Below are positions 27,175 through 39,821 of a stretch of DNA of 64,000 nt, in pieces. This stretch comes from Azolla caroliniana (taxonomy: Eukaryota; Plantae; Polypodiophyta), in the NCBI GenBank assembly GCA_043228905.1, contig JBHGNT010000011.1:868001-932000 (forward strand), given 5' to 3'. Position 1 is the stretch's first letter. Each line of letters starts with the position of its first letter. The notes beneath the pieces were generated by a model. The model did no database searches and was not told the origin of the DNA. It worked only from the letters and a program-made list of their open reading frames with translations. Both the position numbers and the translations under genes were made by a program.

Positions 27175-30100
27175 TGAGGTGATCGTCCTTTCGATGGGCA
27201 TCACCGGCTTTTGTCCATACATAAGCTCCGTTGGCATATACCTTGTCACCGAGCTATGTGTCGTTCTGTCGGCCCACAAGGCATAGGGCAATAGTTGTGG
27301 CCAATTCCCAACTCGATCGTTGCATGCTCGTACGATGGCTTTGACGATGGGTCCATGCCCTCGCTCGATCTTCCCTTTCGCTTTTGGATTGTAGGCAATC
27401 ATGAGGGAGAGCTTCACGCCTAGTCGTTCGAAAAGCTCCGTTGCTTCGTGTGCGTCCAACTCCCCTCGGTCGGCGACTATCTTCCCCACACATCCGCATC
27501 GGTAGACCATCTCTTCAAGTAGAAATTTTCAAATAGCTGAAGTCGTCTTATTTGTCAAGGCCCACCCTTCCACTTGATTTGTCAAGTTTTCTCTTGCCAG
27601 CACTAAGTACTTTATTTGTCCCATTCCCATTGGCATCGAGACCAGATCAACCATCCATTTGAAGTGTATGGTGAGTGGGTATGTCGGTCGTAGCTCATCA
27701 CGATGACGTATGTTGGAATGTACTTGGTAAGTTTCTCATGTGGACACGAAATGGAGTACATCTTTGTACATGCTTGGCCACCAATACTTTTCCTTCAACT
27801 TTTCGAACGTCGCCCATGTTCCTCTATGACCGGCCTAAGCACTCTCGTGGAATTCGGTCATCAACGTCACTTGCTCTTCTTTCTTCACCACCACTCGGCG
27901 TGGTATTCCCGTCTTTCTTTTTGGGTGTCACCAAAGGAAGCCTCCCTTCAAGAAGTATCAATAAGCTTTCTTCCGAATTTGGAGAGCCTCCTCCTTTGTC
28001 AACAAAGCATCTGTCGTCATTGTTCTTAAGAACCTGCTAATTAGTAACCACTCTCCTTTGTACTCGTCCTCATTGAAGGCGTGGAGGGTTAGCGTGTTCT
28101 TGTCTTCCGCCAATAATCGAGCCATCTTGAAGAAGTCGAGGGTGATGTCTTCATCTTCCGAAACTATGTCACTTTCACTTTGAAATCTTGCCCTTGACAA
28201 CATATCAGCCATGGCGTTCTTCTTGCTTGCAATGTGGTGGATCTCTGGGCTTAAAGACTTGATATAGGTGATCCACCTTAGCATAGCTAAATCTGGGGTC
28301 GCACATCCCAATATCATTCCGAGGATTGGGAGACAATCTGTCTCTATTATCACTTCTGACCCGATCAGGTAATCTTTGTCCGTCTTCACTGCCAACACAA
28401 TACCCCAAAGTTCCTGCTTGACTTGGGCGTATCTTTGTTGCCATTCACTGAGAACTTTTGCTCCGAATGGGATTGCTACCACGCATTTTCTTCTCCTTCT
28501 TGGTTGATGACCCACCCGATTCCGGTTGGGCTTGTATCTACAGTCACATAAATCGGCTTTCCTTCGGTATAGTCGACCTTTCTTAGTGCTAGAGCTTCAA
28601 GAAGTAGTTTCTTCAATCTTCGCATCGCGTTCGTGTGCTCGTCTCGCCATTTGAACTTCATTCTTTTCTTTAGCAATCCATATAAAGGCTCGACAACATG
28701 GGCATAGTGCGGAATCCAAATATGGTAAAATGTGCATGCTCCAAGGAACCTTCGAACCTCTGTTTGGTTTACGCATTCTTCTTTCATGTCCTAGATCGCG
28801 TTCACCTTTGATGGTGAAGGCTTCCGGCCGTATGCTCCACATAAGTGACCTACCACCAAGATCTCTGGTTGCCCAAATGCGGATTTCTCTCCCGAAAATG
28901 TCAAATTTGCGTCTTCGAGTCTTTGGAGTACCTTCTCGCAATCTTTCATATGATCCGCGATGAACTTTCTACACCCTTCCTTATCTTTTGATTCATTCTT
29001 CTCTTCATCCGAACATCCTTTTATTGGAATATCATCCAAGAATGGCATCATGATGTCCAGGATGCAATCCTTCAAGACCTTGTTCATGGCATTCACCATA
29101 TGAGCCACCGAGTTCGTTGCACCTTGAGGTAAGGTACACATCTACACGAGCCCGATTAGAGTCCTCATGGTTGTAATGTCACGACTGTCAATCGCCAATT
29201 GGAATTGGTCATATCCGGAGTAGAGATCACCAATGGAGTTGATGGACCGGCCCGCAAATGCCTCGGCAAATTTGTCCACGCTCAGATCGATTCCAACATT
29301 TCGAATTGTCACCTTGTTGACGGGTTGAAGATCTTGGATGAATCACAATGATCAATTCTTCTTCGGCACCGTGAACCACCTATTAGAGTAAGGAGCATTC
29401 GACGGTTCTAGAATACCCATATTTACTTTCTCCTTTAAGAGCTCGATTAGCTTTAGAAGGTGCGCTCCTGGAACTGGTATCGGTTTCAAATTCCAAGGCA
29501 CATGTGGCATTGTGAAGATCACCATTGGCTCTATAATCTTTGGGTTGGCACATCCGATTTCCTAGGGAGAGAACGCGAAGGTTTTCCCATGCCTTTCAAG
29601 CATTTCATGAAACTTTTGCTCCTCTTCAGCGAGGAGGAAATCCTCCTTTCCAACTCGTAGCTTTCTTTTCGTCTCTTCGGTGAAGGCATGACCTATTGTC
29701 TTTGGATCCCTTAAGCTTGGATCATTAGCGACTTCCTTCATCTTTTGGCAGCTATCTTCCGGTAGCGGAATCGCAACTGGCTTGATCTTCTTATCCACCG
29801 TTTTATATTTTGTGTTGACTTCAGCTTCCTCCATCAAGATGCCACGATAGTATTCATCCATGATAACGTACATGTTGACGAAGTTAACCGAAATCACGTG
29901 TTGGTCGTGAAGATAGCTCAAGTCCACAATGTCCTCGATTTCGCCGATGGTGTCGTTAAATGAGGCTTCTTCCATTATATGATTCACGAACTCTTCTTCT
30001 TCTATTATGTTTTCTTCTTTCAGCATCTTCTCGAAATCTTGTATCTGACGCTTGTCCTTCTTGTCGGGTAGTACTAGTTTACATGCGCCACTAGGTGTAA

Positions 30101-32380
30101 CACATGTTGCTTCTCCTCGCAATCCACGTGCTCTATTTGCATGTGGGGACTTGTGATTGCTCAGACTATTTCTGCCCCATGCTCCAATAGTCCGCTCTAA
30201 AAATCCGAGGATTCGCCTCCAAGACTATCTCGATTTCTTTCATGATTAGCTCGCACCGTTAGGAATTGAACTGATCTTTGGTTGTCAAGACTCTTTATTC
30301 GAGCAAATGCCGCACCAATGTCAAACACTTTGGTTTCCATCCGAGATGATGTGATATACGGTTGTCCTAGGATGACAGGATGCGATGCCGATTCTTGCAC
30401 GAAGAAGTGTTGATCCATCTCCACATCCCCGATCACGACTTTAACATTGGGACAAGCTCCGTACAAGTCCTCTGTAGTCTTTGTTGCCGCACGAATCTTC
30501 CATCCGTGATTTGTATTGATTGGCCATCTTCCTTTTTTGTAGAAGTCGGTTGACATGAGGTTGATCTCCGAGCCGTGGTCGATTAAGGCTACCACGGTCT
30601 CTTTCTTCTCCCCGATCTTCACCGGCGTCTCCGTTGTCGCTCGTGCCCAATGAGGTCGAGTATAGTGGTTGTCCACCATTTCTTCATTGACTTCGTCTCT
30701 TGCCATCGTTATGGCATTTGCTTTCGCTTTTAGTGGCTTCTCTTTGTCTTCATCCGATTGTTGCCTTTTTCGCTTTACAAGGTCCACGATCGTGTCGTGG
30801 AACTCCTTCGTAATGCCGAGTAATTCCCTCAAGGACAAAATCACGTGACTGTCAAGAACGCATTCCTGAGAATCTTCTTCAGGTCTATCGTCTACTTTAT
30901 GTCCCACCTTAGCTTATAGGTAGGCATAATCCTTGTCTTTCGAGCGGGGACTTCGACACCAATCTTCACGGGCCGAACCGTTTCTTCGACTCATTTGCTC
31001 GACTCCGCTTTTCGGCTAGCGTCTCCTTCCTCCATTTGGAAAGATCGATTCGTTTCTGCATCTTCTTTCTTTTTCGCGTTCCTTGTTTCATGTCTTTTTG
31101 ATGGGCCTTGCTCTTCTATTCTTTTTCTCTTTTCTTCGACGAACACCTCGCGGTTGTCGCCCATCACTTCCGCGAGTATGGTGTTGTCATCCATCGGATC
31201 CGACCACCCGGTTGTGCTTTGTACGCTTCGGTCTGCAAGCTCTACCTTGTTCGATGTGACCTTCCCCATCTTCTCATACTCGAGAAGGGAAGACCAAAAC
31301 TTTGCTCCCACTTTCGCAACTTCATTTCTGTCTTTCCCGACTCTTATTCTGGCCGTTGCAGCATAGTGCATCGTATCCACATGAGTCGCCTCCGCATCTT
31401 CCATAGATTTCTTCATTCCCCCTCTTCCGAAATTCACCTAGGGGTCTTTGAGTTTCAGTTGAGCAGATCATGTTGTCATCTATGTATACGATATTTTGTC
31501 AGATCGCCTCTTGAAGGCTCGCGCAATCCCTTCTCATGTGGTCCATGCTATCGCACCACATGCATCTAAAGGGTTCTTTTCCTTTGGGCCCCCGACGATT
31601 CATGTTGGCTAGCGTGACCATCTCGAACTTCTTCGCTAGCTCTTCGATGATGTCATCATCAATCTTCCTTTCTTCCGGGCTGCTTTGTTTGGATGGCTCA
31701 ACTACTTTTAGTTGTCTTGTTTTCTCCGCGATAGTCGATCCCGCCAAGTCGGTGTCATCAACCCACTGACGGTCGAGCCTATTTCATGCTCGCTTCACCG
31801 CAACCTAGTCCGCCACAAGCCCGTTCTCTTGGGTATCATCTTCGAGGAGAGTACCTAGTTCTCATCTATCCTTTATATCCACAGCCTTTAGGAAGTACAA
31901 AGTTTTGTCCTCAAGTAGCACTTGGTCTGTGGCAGGGAGACGACGAAACATTTGGTCGAATTCGTCGTACACCCTCGAGGCGCTCATCTTTTTATTCTTC
32001 TTTTCTATCCACTTCATCAAGGCATGTCGAGTCATCCTCGACAAATCTTCCATCGTGAAATCCACTAATATCGCTTTCTCGAACTCCGACCACGTTGTCT
32101 TCCCTTCTTGAAGCTCGATGACGCGCCTTTGGATGTTGTTGGCGACCACTCTCTTGAAACTTGTGATTTGACGCGCTTCAGACACGTCCCTCTGATTCAT
32201 CTCCCTTCTATATGCATCAAGGAACTTCGTAATCTTCCTTCTGTCAAATTGACCCTCGAGCTCAACGACACGGTTGACAACCTTCTCCACGCTCGCATCG
32301 TTGTCTCGAGATCTCATCATTTGTTCGACAATTATCATTCTCCTTTCGAATTCGCTCGCTTGATTGCTTGAGAATGCCAT
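27175..32380 (-). pseudogene. gag-PR / RT-RH-IN coding region of gypsy A (multiple stops and frameshifts)
   Basis: ORF-track fragments 31862-32380 (gag), 31499-31747 (Zn knuckle), 30197-30907 (PR), 29562-30122, 28791-29141 (RT), 27958-28787 (RH) and 27052-27510 (IN), in gypsy domain order. Confidence 0.9.
30144..30206 (-). promoter_or_regulatory. Predicted -1 ribosomal frameshift signal (slippery G GAU UUU plus pseudoknot) in gypsy A
   Basis: Heptamer 30206-30200, then UAG. Stem 1 GGACUAUU/AAUAGUCU; stem 2 UGGGG/CCCCA. The -1 frame is open and equals the RT frame. Confidence 0.75.
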
Positions 32381-32425
32381 CTCCAGTTTCGATCGATCCT
32401 CGACTTGATCCTTCCTATCGCCTCT

Positions 32426-32443
32426 TTCACGTCAGGTTCACCA
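32426..32443 (-). promoter_or_regulatory. Primer-binding site complementary to tRNA-Trp 3' end (gypsy A)
   Basis: TGGTGAACCTGACGTGAA, 17/18 complementary to the eukaryotic tRNA-Trp 3' end UUCACGUCGGGUUCACCA (recalled, not searched). Confidence 0.8.
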
Positions 32444-32451
32444 CTTAATTA

Positions 32452-33545
32452 TGTCGTAAAGATCCATCATTGGACGGGATCGTGAGGCGGAACCGCCGGG
32501 GTTCTGGACCGGAAGGATTTGAAGTTTATGCTAGTTTTAGCGAGAAAGTAATTAAGATAGATTGAGAGAGATTGATATGGCAAGAGAGAGATACTGAAAT
32601 AAAGATTTAACTCTTGATTTTAGATTTGAGAGAGAAGATACATCAACAATAGGGTTACAAGACTCTTGTTTGATCATCCAAATTTTTATATATTTTTTTC
32701 CTTTCATATTTTCCCTCCCCTCTTTTATAGATGCCCTCATGCATTTGAGGGTACAAGACATACATAAAATGCATGTTTGCCATTTGGCGCTCATGTATTA
32801 CATGTGGTGCATGATAACCATGTCACTCATTTTAGCTCTTATGTATGAGAATTTACATGTAAAGTTACAATGATAAAAATATAATTTTAAGAAAATGTGT
32901 TGGCTTAGTGGTAAGCTTATTGACTCTTAACTTGGAGGTGCAAGGTTCAAATCCTTATTTTCTCTCCTTGTGTATATGTATAAATATTTATTTATTTATT
33001 TATCCATCTAGCCGCCGGTTACCGTCCGGTCGTCGGATCCCGGTTCCGTCACCTGTCACCGGTTGCCGGATCCCAGTTCGGTCGCCGGATGTTGGTTACT
33101 GTCCACACACCGGATGTCGGTTCCGTTGCCGGTCCGGTTTTGGTTGGCCAAAACCTTTGCAAGTAGCCAGGCCACACCCATTCATCCAATAGCTTAGTTC
33201 AAGTCACCTTGAACTCTCTATGCTCCACACATAGACACAAAGATAATAGCTTTTGCTCTACCTTATATATGGTGAGATCCTTATTTCCTGTTTATGTGGG
33301 ATATCTCACAATTTTATTTTTCTCTTTGTCTTTGCAAACTTCCTACCCACATAAGTTGACACTTAGATGTCTGTTTCTTATGTAGTAAAGTGCATCCGAA
33401 AGCTCTTCAAGACCTCCATCTTTTTGTACTAAGATATTAAACTTACTTAAAATTAATATCTTCACTATTATTGTTTTGTATGAATCACACTTGATTTCGG
33501 ACGTTTGATGTGATTTTCACACCATTGCCGAAAATCTTCACGACA
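32452..33545 (-). repeat. 5' LTR of gypsy A (1094 bp)
   Basis: Terminal inverted repeats TGTCGTAAAGAT...ATCTTCACGACA. Homologous to 24726-25214, 39822-40854 (inverted) and 63834-64000. Confidence 0.93.
32901..32961 (+). promoter_or_regulatory. tRNA-Lys-like Pol III internal promoter (A box plus B box) inside the family-A LTR
   Basis: A box TGGCTTAGTGG 32901-32911, D-stem GCTT/AAGC, loop CTCTTAA, B box GGTTCAAATCC 32944-32954, T-stem AAGG/CCTT, then a T run. Acceptor and anticodon stems do not pair. Confidence 0.65.
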
Positions 33546-34085
33546 ACGGGACAGAGGAAGATCGGAGGAATAAACCATGTATATCCTGAGTTGGACTTCA
33601 ACCACAACAAACACAAGGTATCCCCTTCCGGAATACTTTTCCAAAGGTGTTCAGAGAGATGGAATAATGTTGCATTACACACATCTCTAACCTATTCCGC
33701 TGCACAAGAATCACCATCGATTCTTTGCATGGTATCAGAGCGCTTTGGTAGCTTGATCTAGCCCATCCACATGTGTTGTGTCTACGTTGATGATTCTAAG
33801 AAATCCGGCTCATCGCTATCGTAATGCCGCGACATAGCTCATATTCAAGAAAGAAGAAGAAGGAAGAAATCTACATCGAACACCATGAATACTCAAATGG
33901 GGAGCACTCTCCCTAGCGAGAAGTTGGACCAAAACAACTTCGCATCTTGGGAGTACAAGATGCAGCAATACGGGAGCAATACCTTGTCGGTCAAGGTTAT
34001 TGGAGCTACATCAAAGGCGCACAAGAAAATCGACCAGACCCAAAGGACACTGACTACTCAACATGGGAGCAAGCGGCAAGTCGAG

Positions 34086-34534
34086 TGTTAATCCTTAGGG
34101 CTAGACAATGGCCTAACACAAGGTGTCTCTAGAAGACACTTCACCAAAGGGTGTTACGGCGAGATAACTTAAGACACAACGATTAATCCGACTTAATTGG
34201 CTACTTAGCAATAGGGCATTCACTTAATACACGCATAAGATATAACAATTAATACAGAACGGTAATCAATACGTGAAGATAAAACAAGAAGCTAAATATT
34301 AATTCTCCGTCAAAGTTTTACATTGTAATCAGGCCTTTATATAGGTCACCGGTGTTGCGTACAAAACGGTGCCAATGGGCACCTGTTCGGAACCGGTCCG
34401 GATCTGGATCGGGATACCGATTCCGGTCCGTCCGTTCACTACATAATTATAATCTATTCTACTTAATTAAAAAAGATTCCGAATAACAATCCCTTTCACA
34501 TTCTGGCTTTAACTCCTTTGCCGGCTGGGTGACA
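34086..34534. mobile_element. Solo LTR (449 bp) inserted in C0 gag
   Basis: TG...CA ends, perfect 5-bp TSD TCGAG (34081-85 / 34535-39). Removing it restores ...AASRVMYCLA... A TATA-like CTATATAAAG lies on the minus strand. Confidence 0.88.
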
Positions 34535-34610
34535 TCGAGTAATGTATTGCTTGGCGACATGTGTTCATGACCACATGCTAGGCTACATTCAAGAAGCCAC
34601 GATGCCAAAG

Positions 34611-35390
34611 GGGACCAAGCGGCAAAGGAGCACGCCAATAGGAAGCGGCAAGTGGAAACGCAGGAGGAGCCACCGTCACGGCCAATCAAGATCAAGCTTC
34701 ACTGACCGGTTCAACAAGCGCCGGACCCCTTGGCAGCGAAAATCAACATCGAGACTTAGGAGGAGGAAGCGGAGGAGGAACCGTTAGAGCACCTCCAGCG
34801 GCACCAAAAGGCAAGCACCTTCGAACAGGACGGGGAGCGTTCAGACCCAAAGAAGGATGGAACGCCTGTACCCCGCACTAAGCAGCCCGCACCAAGGATG
34901 GAACCGGAACCGGTTCGGACAGAACTGGTCACAGAGCTCCTTGCACAACAACCTCTACCGGCGGGTCAAGATACGGCAAGACCCGAAATGCAAGCGCCGG
35001 AAGTACAATTGCGTACCCCACCGGCAGGCCAAGAGCATTCAAAGGCGGAGCGGACAACGGAGCCGCAACTAGAACGACAAAGTGGTCACCAACAAAAGCT
35101 AGAGTTGCAGCTCGACGCAACCGGACAAAACCGACCACTGGCTAGCGACACCAACAGCCAACCCTCCGGGCAGACGCAACAACATGGCACTGGCAGCCAA
35201 TGGCTTTGGTGGATTGGAGAACAGATTGCCGGAGTGGTACACTACATAGAGGCGGAAGAGAAAACATAGAAAGACAAGAAAAAGATGAAGAAACAAAGAA
35301 AAGAGCGGGAGGGGCAAAACAGAAAAAAGGAATGAAGAAATGTAGAAAGAAGAAGAAGAGGGGAAAAAGAGATGATAAGGGCATATGCTG
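34611..35390 (+). mobile_element. Fragment of the extra-ORF region of a second G2-family gypsy
   Basis: 34612-35000 aligns by eye with 63256-63622 (GGACCAxGCGGCAAAGGAGC..., MEPEPVRTE...PEMQAPEV). It is fused to C0 gag by a deletion. Confidence 0.8.
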
Positions 35391-35929
35391 AGGGCATATG
35401 TGAGAATTTCAATTACGTAGGGGTATTGAACAGAATTTTTTTAAAAAAAATTATGAGGATGTAACGAGAAAATTTCATCAACATAAGGGTACATAACAAA
35501 ATTTTAAAAAACAAGAGGGCACCACCAAAATTTTGAAAATCCCCAAGACTACTCACACACTCAAAACAAAGGAAGAACATACATATACACGACATGATTT
35601 TGGACCCATGACGAAGTTCGTAAGCCGACAGAACGAGAATGTTCGTGTTGCGGAAAGATTTGTTGACCGACAAAGATGTTCGAGTCTAGCACTCCGATCG
35701 AGGGAGTCGATCATTGAAAGGACTGATGGAAGTCCCGATTGAAGAAATATCATCATCAAGCCATGTGGGATCGACGTGCAAGGCACTCTCCCACGGGCGT
35801 GCCATATTGTGTTACCCCGTACGAGATGTACGGTGAGTCAAGTGTGATGAGCGAGGGTCGAATGTTATCATGATGTTGTTGTGTATGTGTAGGGGGCATA
35901 AATGTAATTGTGAGTCTATATGTATGTGA

Positions 35930-37026
35930 ACACATGCGAATCGTTTTTCGAACTCCTGGAGGAGCGCCGAAGTGTTCCTCCCTTTTACGGGGCTTTCCAC
36001 CCACGCCATGAAGTCCCGCCTCGACAGTCGAAGCGAGTCATCAAACCGTACTTCTTGAGGAGTTGCAGCTCGAACTCCTCCCAAGTCTGGCATCCGGCCA
36101 TCACCTCGAGCACCTCCGCGTGGATGCTCGGCGTCACCACCCGAGGGAATCCGGACAACCGCCTGTCCATCGGGATATCCCTCATGATCATTTTGTCCCG
36201 GTAAGCCTCCAAATAACTTGTGGGATTCTTCCCACCGAATCGGCCTATGCTGCCGACGATCGATTCAAGGGCTCTATCGAGGGTACCTGTCCCCTCACGA
36301 GCGCTCACCAGCCGGTCGACGACTACCGCCATTGCCTCTGCTAGCTCCGATCCCCTCATCTTCCGAGTCCTTTGCCGTCTGTTCATGTCGGGTTCACCAA
36401 ATATGTCGTGAAGTTTCACATTCGCGTGTAGGAAGAGGCAGGACCACGTGGTTCTTGGACCAAGGAGAGAGTGAGAGAGAGAGAGAGTTGCAAATACACA
36501 AAAGGAAAACAAGAGCAAGAAACAGGAATTTGATTACTATAATCCGTAGCTTACAACTCGAACAGTTACAACTGGCAAACCGATAATGGACCTGACATGG
36601 GGTCCTACTCACGCACATAGACGACAACCACTCGACTCGAAGAAACAAAAAAGAAGAAGAAGGGGGAGAGCCTCTGTTGGAAGCACATGGGCTGTCCATG
36701 AAGCAGAGGCAGCGAACTCCTGACTCCCACAGAGAACAACGATCGGAGGAGAGAGAGCTCGACACTCGGTTCTGCAGCAGCACTTCGTCCTCGCCAACGC
36801 GCAATCCCTTTTCTTCCTTCTCTCCTTCCTTAAATAGTTTTATTCCCTGTCCCTTTCGATAGAGATACGCACAAATCCCCTAATAAACGTGTACTACCTA
36901 GTATTTACATCAGCCAACCTAATTATGAATTATGTCCAAAATATCAATTCTCACATCCACCTATGTAAGAGCCGGTTCATGCGCCTTTTTCTCCGATTCC
37001 GCCTATGGCCAGTTTTCTTCACGACA
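35930..37026 (-). mobile_element. Gypsy B (G3 family): 5' LTR, Trp PBS and gag 5' end, truncated
   Basis: LTR 36404-37026 (TGTCGTG...CACGACA), PBS 36382-36399. Gag MRGSELAEAMAVVVDRLVSAREGTGTLDRALESIVGSIGRFGGK is near-identical to G3 gag. Confidence 0.9.
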
Positions 37027-39821
37027 CCGGTTACGGAGCGAGCAAGGCGACTTGCTGAACGGTTGAGGAAGCGAGAGGCCTTCCAGCAAGCGGCAGAAGA
37101 AATCAGAGCGGATCACTCATTTTCCAAGGTGATCCGGAGAGTGGCCAAGGAGTCACTTCGGTTACCACAAAACAACTACCCAGACGAAGGAAGCAACCTA
37201 AGCAGCCTCTGGGAAGCGGAATCCCTTCTCTAGGCATTGGCAGTGGGGGAAGGCGAATCCGAAGCATTTTCGGCATTTGAATCGGGTTCGGACAGGGAAT
37301 ACAACGCGCAGACGAACTACCGTAGTAGTAACGACACCCCAGGCAGACCAAAGGACGAGGAATCAGATACCTTGACAAGGCTGGAACCTCCGGTACTGGA
37401 AGTTGACCGCACTCCGGAACCAGAAGTCGAGGACGAGAGACCTCCGACACCGGAAGTCGAGGAGGAGAAGCCTTCGACACCAAAAGAGGAGCAGGAAAGA
37501 CCTCTGACGGTGACAGAAGACCGGGAAAAACCTCTAACACCAAAAGAGGAGGACGAATGACCACCGACACCACCAGCCCGTGTACCGACACCAGACGACG
37601 ATATGCCGTTCCAATATCCCAGATACCGGGATAATCCGGACGCGGAAGCCCACGTCCATGCATTTCAACAGATCTGGGAGGCAAACCATGTGTCCCAACG
37701 CTTAAATGCAGCCAAAGAGGAATGCTCAAAAAGGGTAGAGTTCGGCATGACCTTGGAGGGAACGGCCACCAGATGGCACTGAACACAAGATCCCAGCACC
37801 ATCCCCGCGTTTGAAACATTAAAGACAAAATTCTTGCATTTCTTTCACAAGGAGATGGACCAATGGGAAATGGGAGGGTTATTTTACAGTATCCGGCAGG
37901 AACTAACGGAGAACATTCAACAGTTTGTCATCCGGTTCTAGGGGATCCACAGTCAGCTCAACCGGACACCATCAGAGGAAGAAACAAAGGACATATTCTT
38001 AGCAGCCCTTCGAGAACCCTTACGTACTGTGTGCACCGTTATTGATTTCCGCACCAGCAGCATAGATCAAGTGATCGACCGAGTTCAGGAAATGGAAACC
38101 TCAAGTTCATGGCTAACCTTGGGCGCACTTCAACGTGCACTACCAACGGAAGAGGACCTCCGTTTCCGGTAGGCAATTCAATGTACGACATGCCTGAATG
38201 CCGGACGTTCGGCGCTGGAATGCACCATGCGTTCCCAATGCTTGCTCTACCACTCCAGAAGTCACACAATGGAACGGTGTGAGTATAACTTGTTAAATCG
38301 GCAAGCACCACCGGTCCGGCAAATTGAACCACGGAGCAACCAAGAGGAAGAAGAAGAACGCTGTCGGCGAGAGGAGCGCTACCGACCGTCACAAGATGTC
38401 CGATACAGCGATCGAAGAGATGCTTATGACCGGTATGACAGACAGGATAGATACCAGGACTATAATGGACGGTACGAGAGATACAACCGGGATCACTCCC
38501 CTGGTTACAACCAACGACGGGACGACTATGGCAAGTATGATGACCAACACCGTCAAGGTTACCGAAACAAAAAGAATTTCAACTAGAAACGTCATTTCAA
38601 CAAAAAGGGGGGCCATCCGCAGGAACCGGAAAAGGGCACTTCAAGCAGCCAACCGGACCAAAACCAAGCACTTACCACAAGACCTCCACCAAGCACACAT
38701 GCCGAATCCAGCAACACCCGGAAGCCATACTGCTATTATTGTCGGCAAGAAGGCCATTATAGTAATCAATGTCCGACGAAGAGCTACGACAAGCGACCAA
38801 CAGTGAACATGGTAGATGCGGAAGTCGCGGACATACAACAAGTCATTACAAGTTCAAAAGGCAAAGACACGGAGTGGGAAACTCAAGAAGACATCTGGAA
38901 GCAGGCAACCGAATGGGTGAAGAAGGCAAATGAGCGGAATGTGGTAGAGCTCGAACAACAAAAGGAGAATGCCGAAGAGCTCACCGGCCTGGGGCAGCCC
39001 GAAAACCCAACATGGCAGGCATTACAAGAATGCCAAATAACGCTGCCGTTAGGCCGGCTATTGCAACTAGTACCACGCTTCACGGAAGGACTGAAGATAG
39101 GAAGGACGACAGCTGACACACCACTGGATCCGGCATTCTTTTCAAATCCGGAGGAAGGACCGGCAGTGGTGGACACGAGCAGTTCGGCAATCACAATCAT
39201 CGTGAAAGGAAATGAGCTACGGGGCACGATTATCGATGGAGGATCCGACTTGAACGTGATCAGCCTCTGAACGTGTAACACTCTAGGAATCCATGACTGG
39301 GAACCGTGCCCGTTTTGGCTTCGGATGGCGGACACAAGCTCAGTACGGCCGACCGGAGTAATACGTGATCTGGAAGTGACCATCGGGGGTCACACATTTC
39401 GCATTTCCGCAGTAGTTCTCCAGCTATAGGCTCAGGGAGCTTACCCACTATTGTTGGGATGCCCTTGGTTATAAACAACACACATCAAGCAAAACTGGAG
39501 GAAGAATATAATTACATTCTGGCGTGGAAAAGCGAAAGTACGAGTACCGACTCAACAACGATCCGGTACCGGCAAGGAATCAACGCCGGTATATGCGGAA
39601 TGTGTCAACATGCTGGAAGGATTGGTGGACGAAGATGTCGATCAATACTTACAGGAAAATCCGAAGATCGTACCTCTGTTCGAGATTGATGTAGCCGAAG
39701 CAGTATCACTATACATACTGCAACCGGACGGGACCGAGGAGGAACCGGATAAAGAAGCAATCCGGGATTTACGGCAAGCACAGGAGGCACTGGAAAGAGA
39801 AATGGCAGTGTCGCAGCGCGT

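Larger units (their letters stand above)
24726..33545 (-). mobile_element. Ty3/gypsy element A (tRNA-Trp primed), internally deleted, 3' LTR interrupted by copia C1
   Basis: 5' LTR 32452-33545 (TGTCGT...ACGACA), partial 3' LTR 24726-25214, PBS 32426-32443. Gag with CMWCDSMDHMRRDC knuckle, PR LIDHGSE, RT FLDD, RH and IN on the minus strand. Flanks ACGA/ACGG. Confidence 0.92.
24350..34610 (+). mobile_element. Copia C0: 5' fragment (split 5' LTR, PBS, gag start) hosting gypsy A and a solo LTR
   Basis: iMet PBS TGGTATCAGAGC at 33730-33741 directly after ...TTTGCA. Gag reads MNTQMGSTLPSEKLDQNNFASWEYKM...LVGQGYWSYI...WEQAASRV|MYCLATCVHDHMLGYI. The LTR is inferred as 24350-24725 plus 33550-33729 from TG at a composition shift and continuity across A. 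Truncated at ~34610. Confidence 0.65.

Noticed and set aside
27170-27200. Copia hotspot in gypsy integrase (the C1/A junction lies ~20 nt from the homologous C3 site in G3)
   Set aside because: The C1/A junction is a deletion breakpoint, not an insertion site; probably coincidence.
32894-32970. Functional tRNA-Lys gene
   Set aside because: Acceptor and anticodon stems do not pair; kept only as a tRNA-derived promoter module.
35400-35930. Unassigned segment between the G2-like fragment and gypsy B
   Set aside because: No recognisable motif or termini; cannot be classified without a search.
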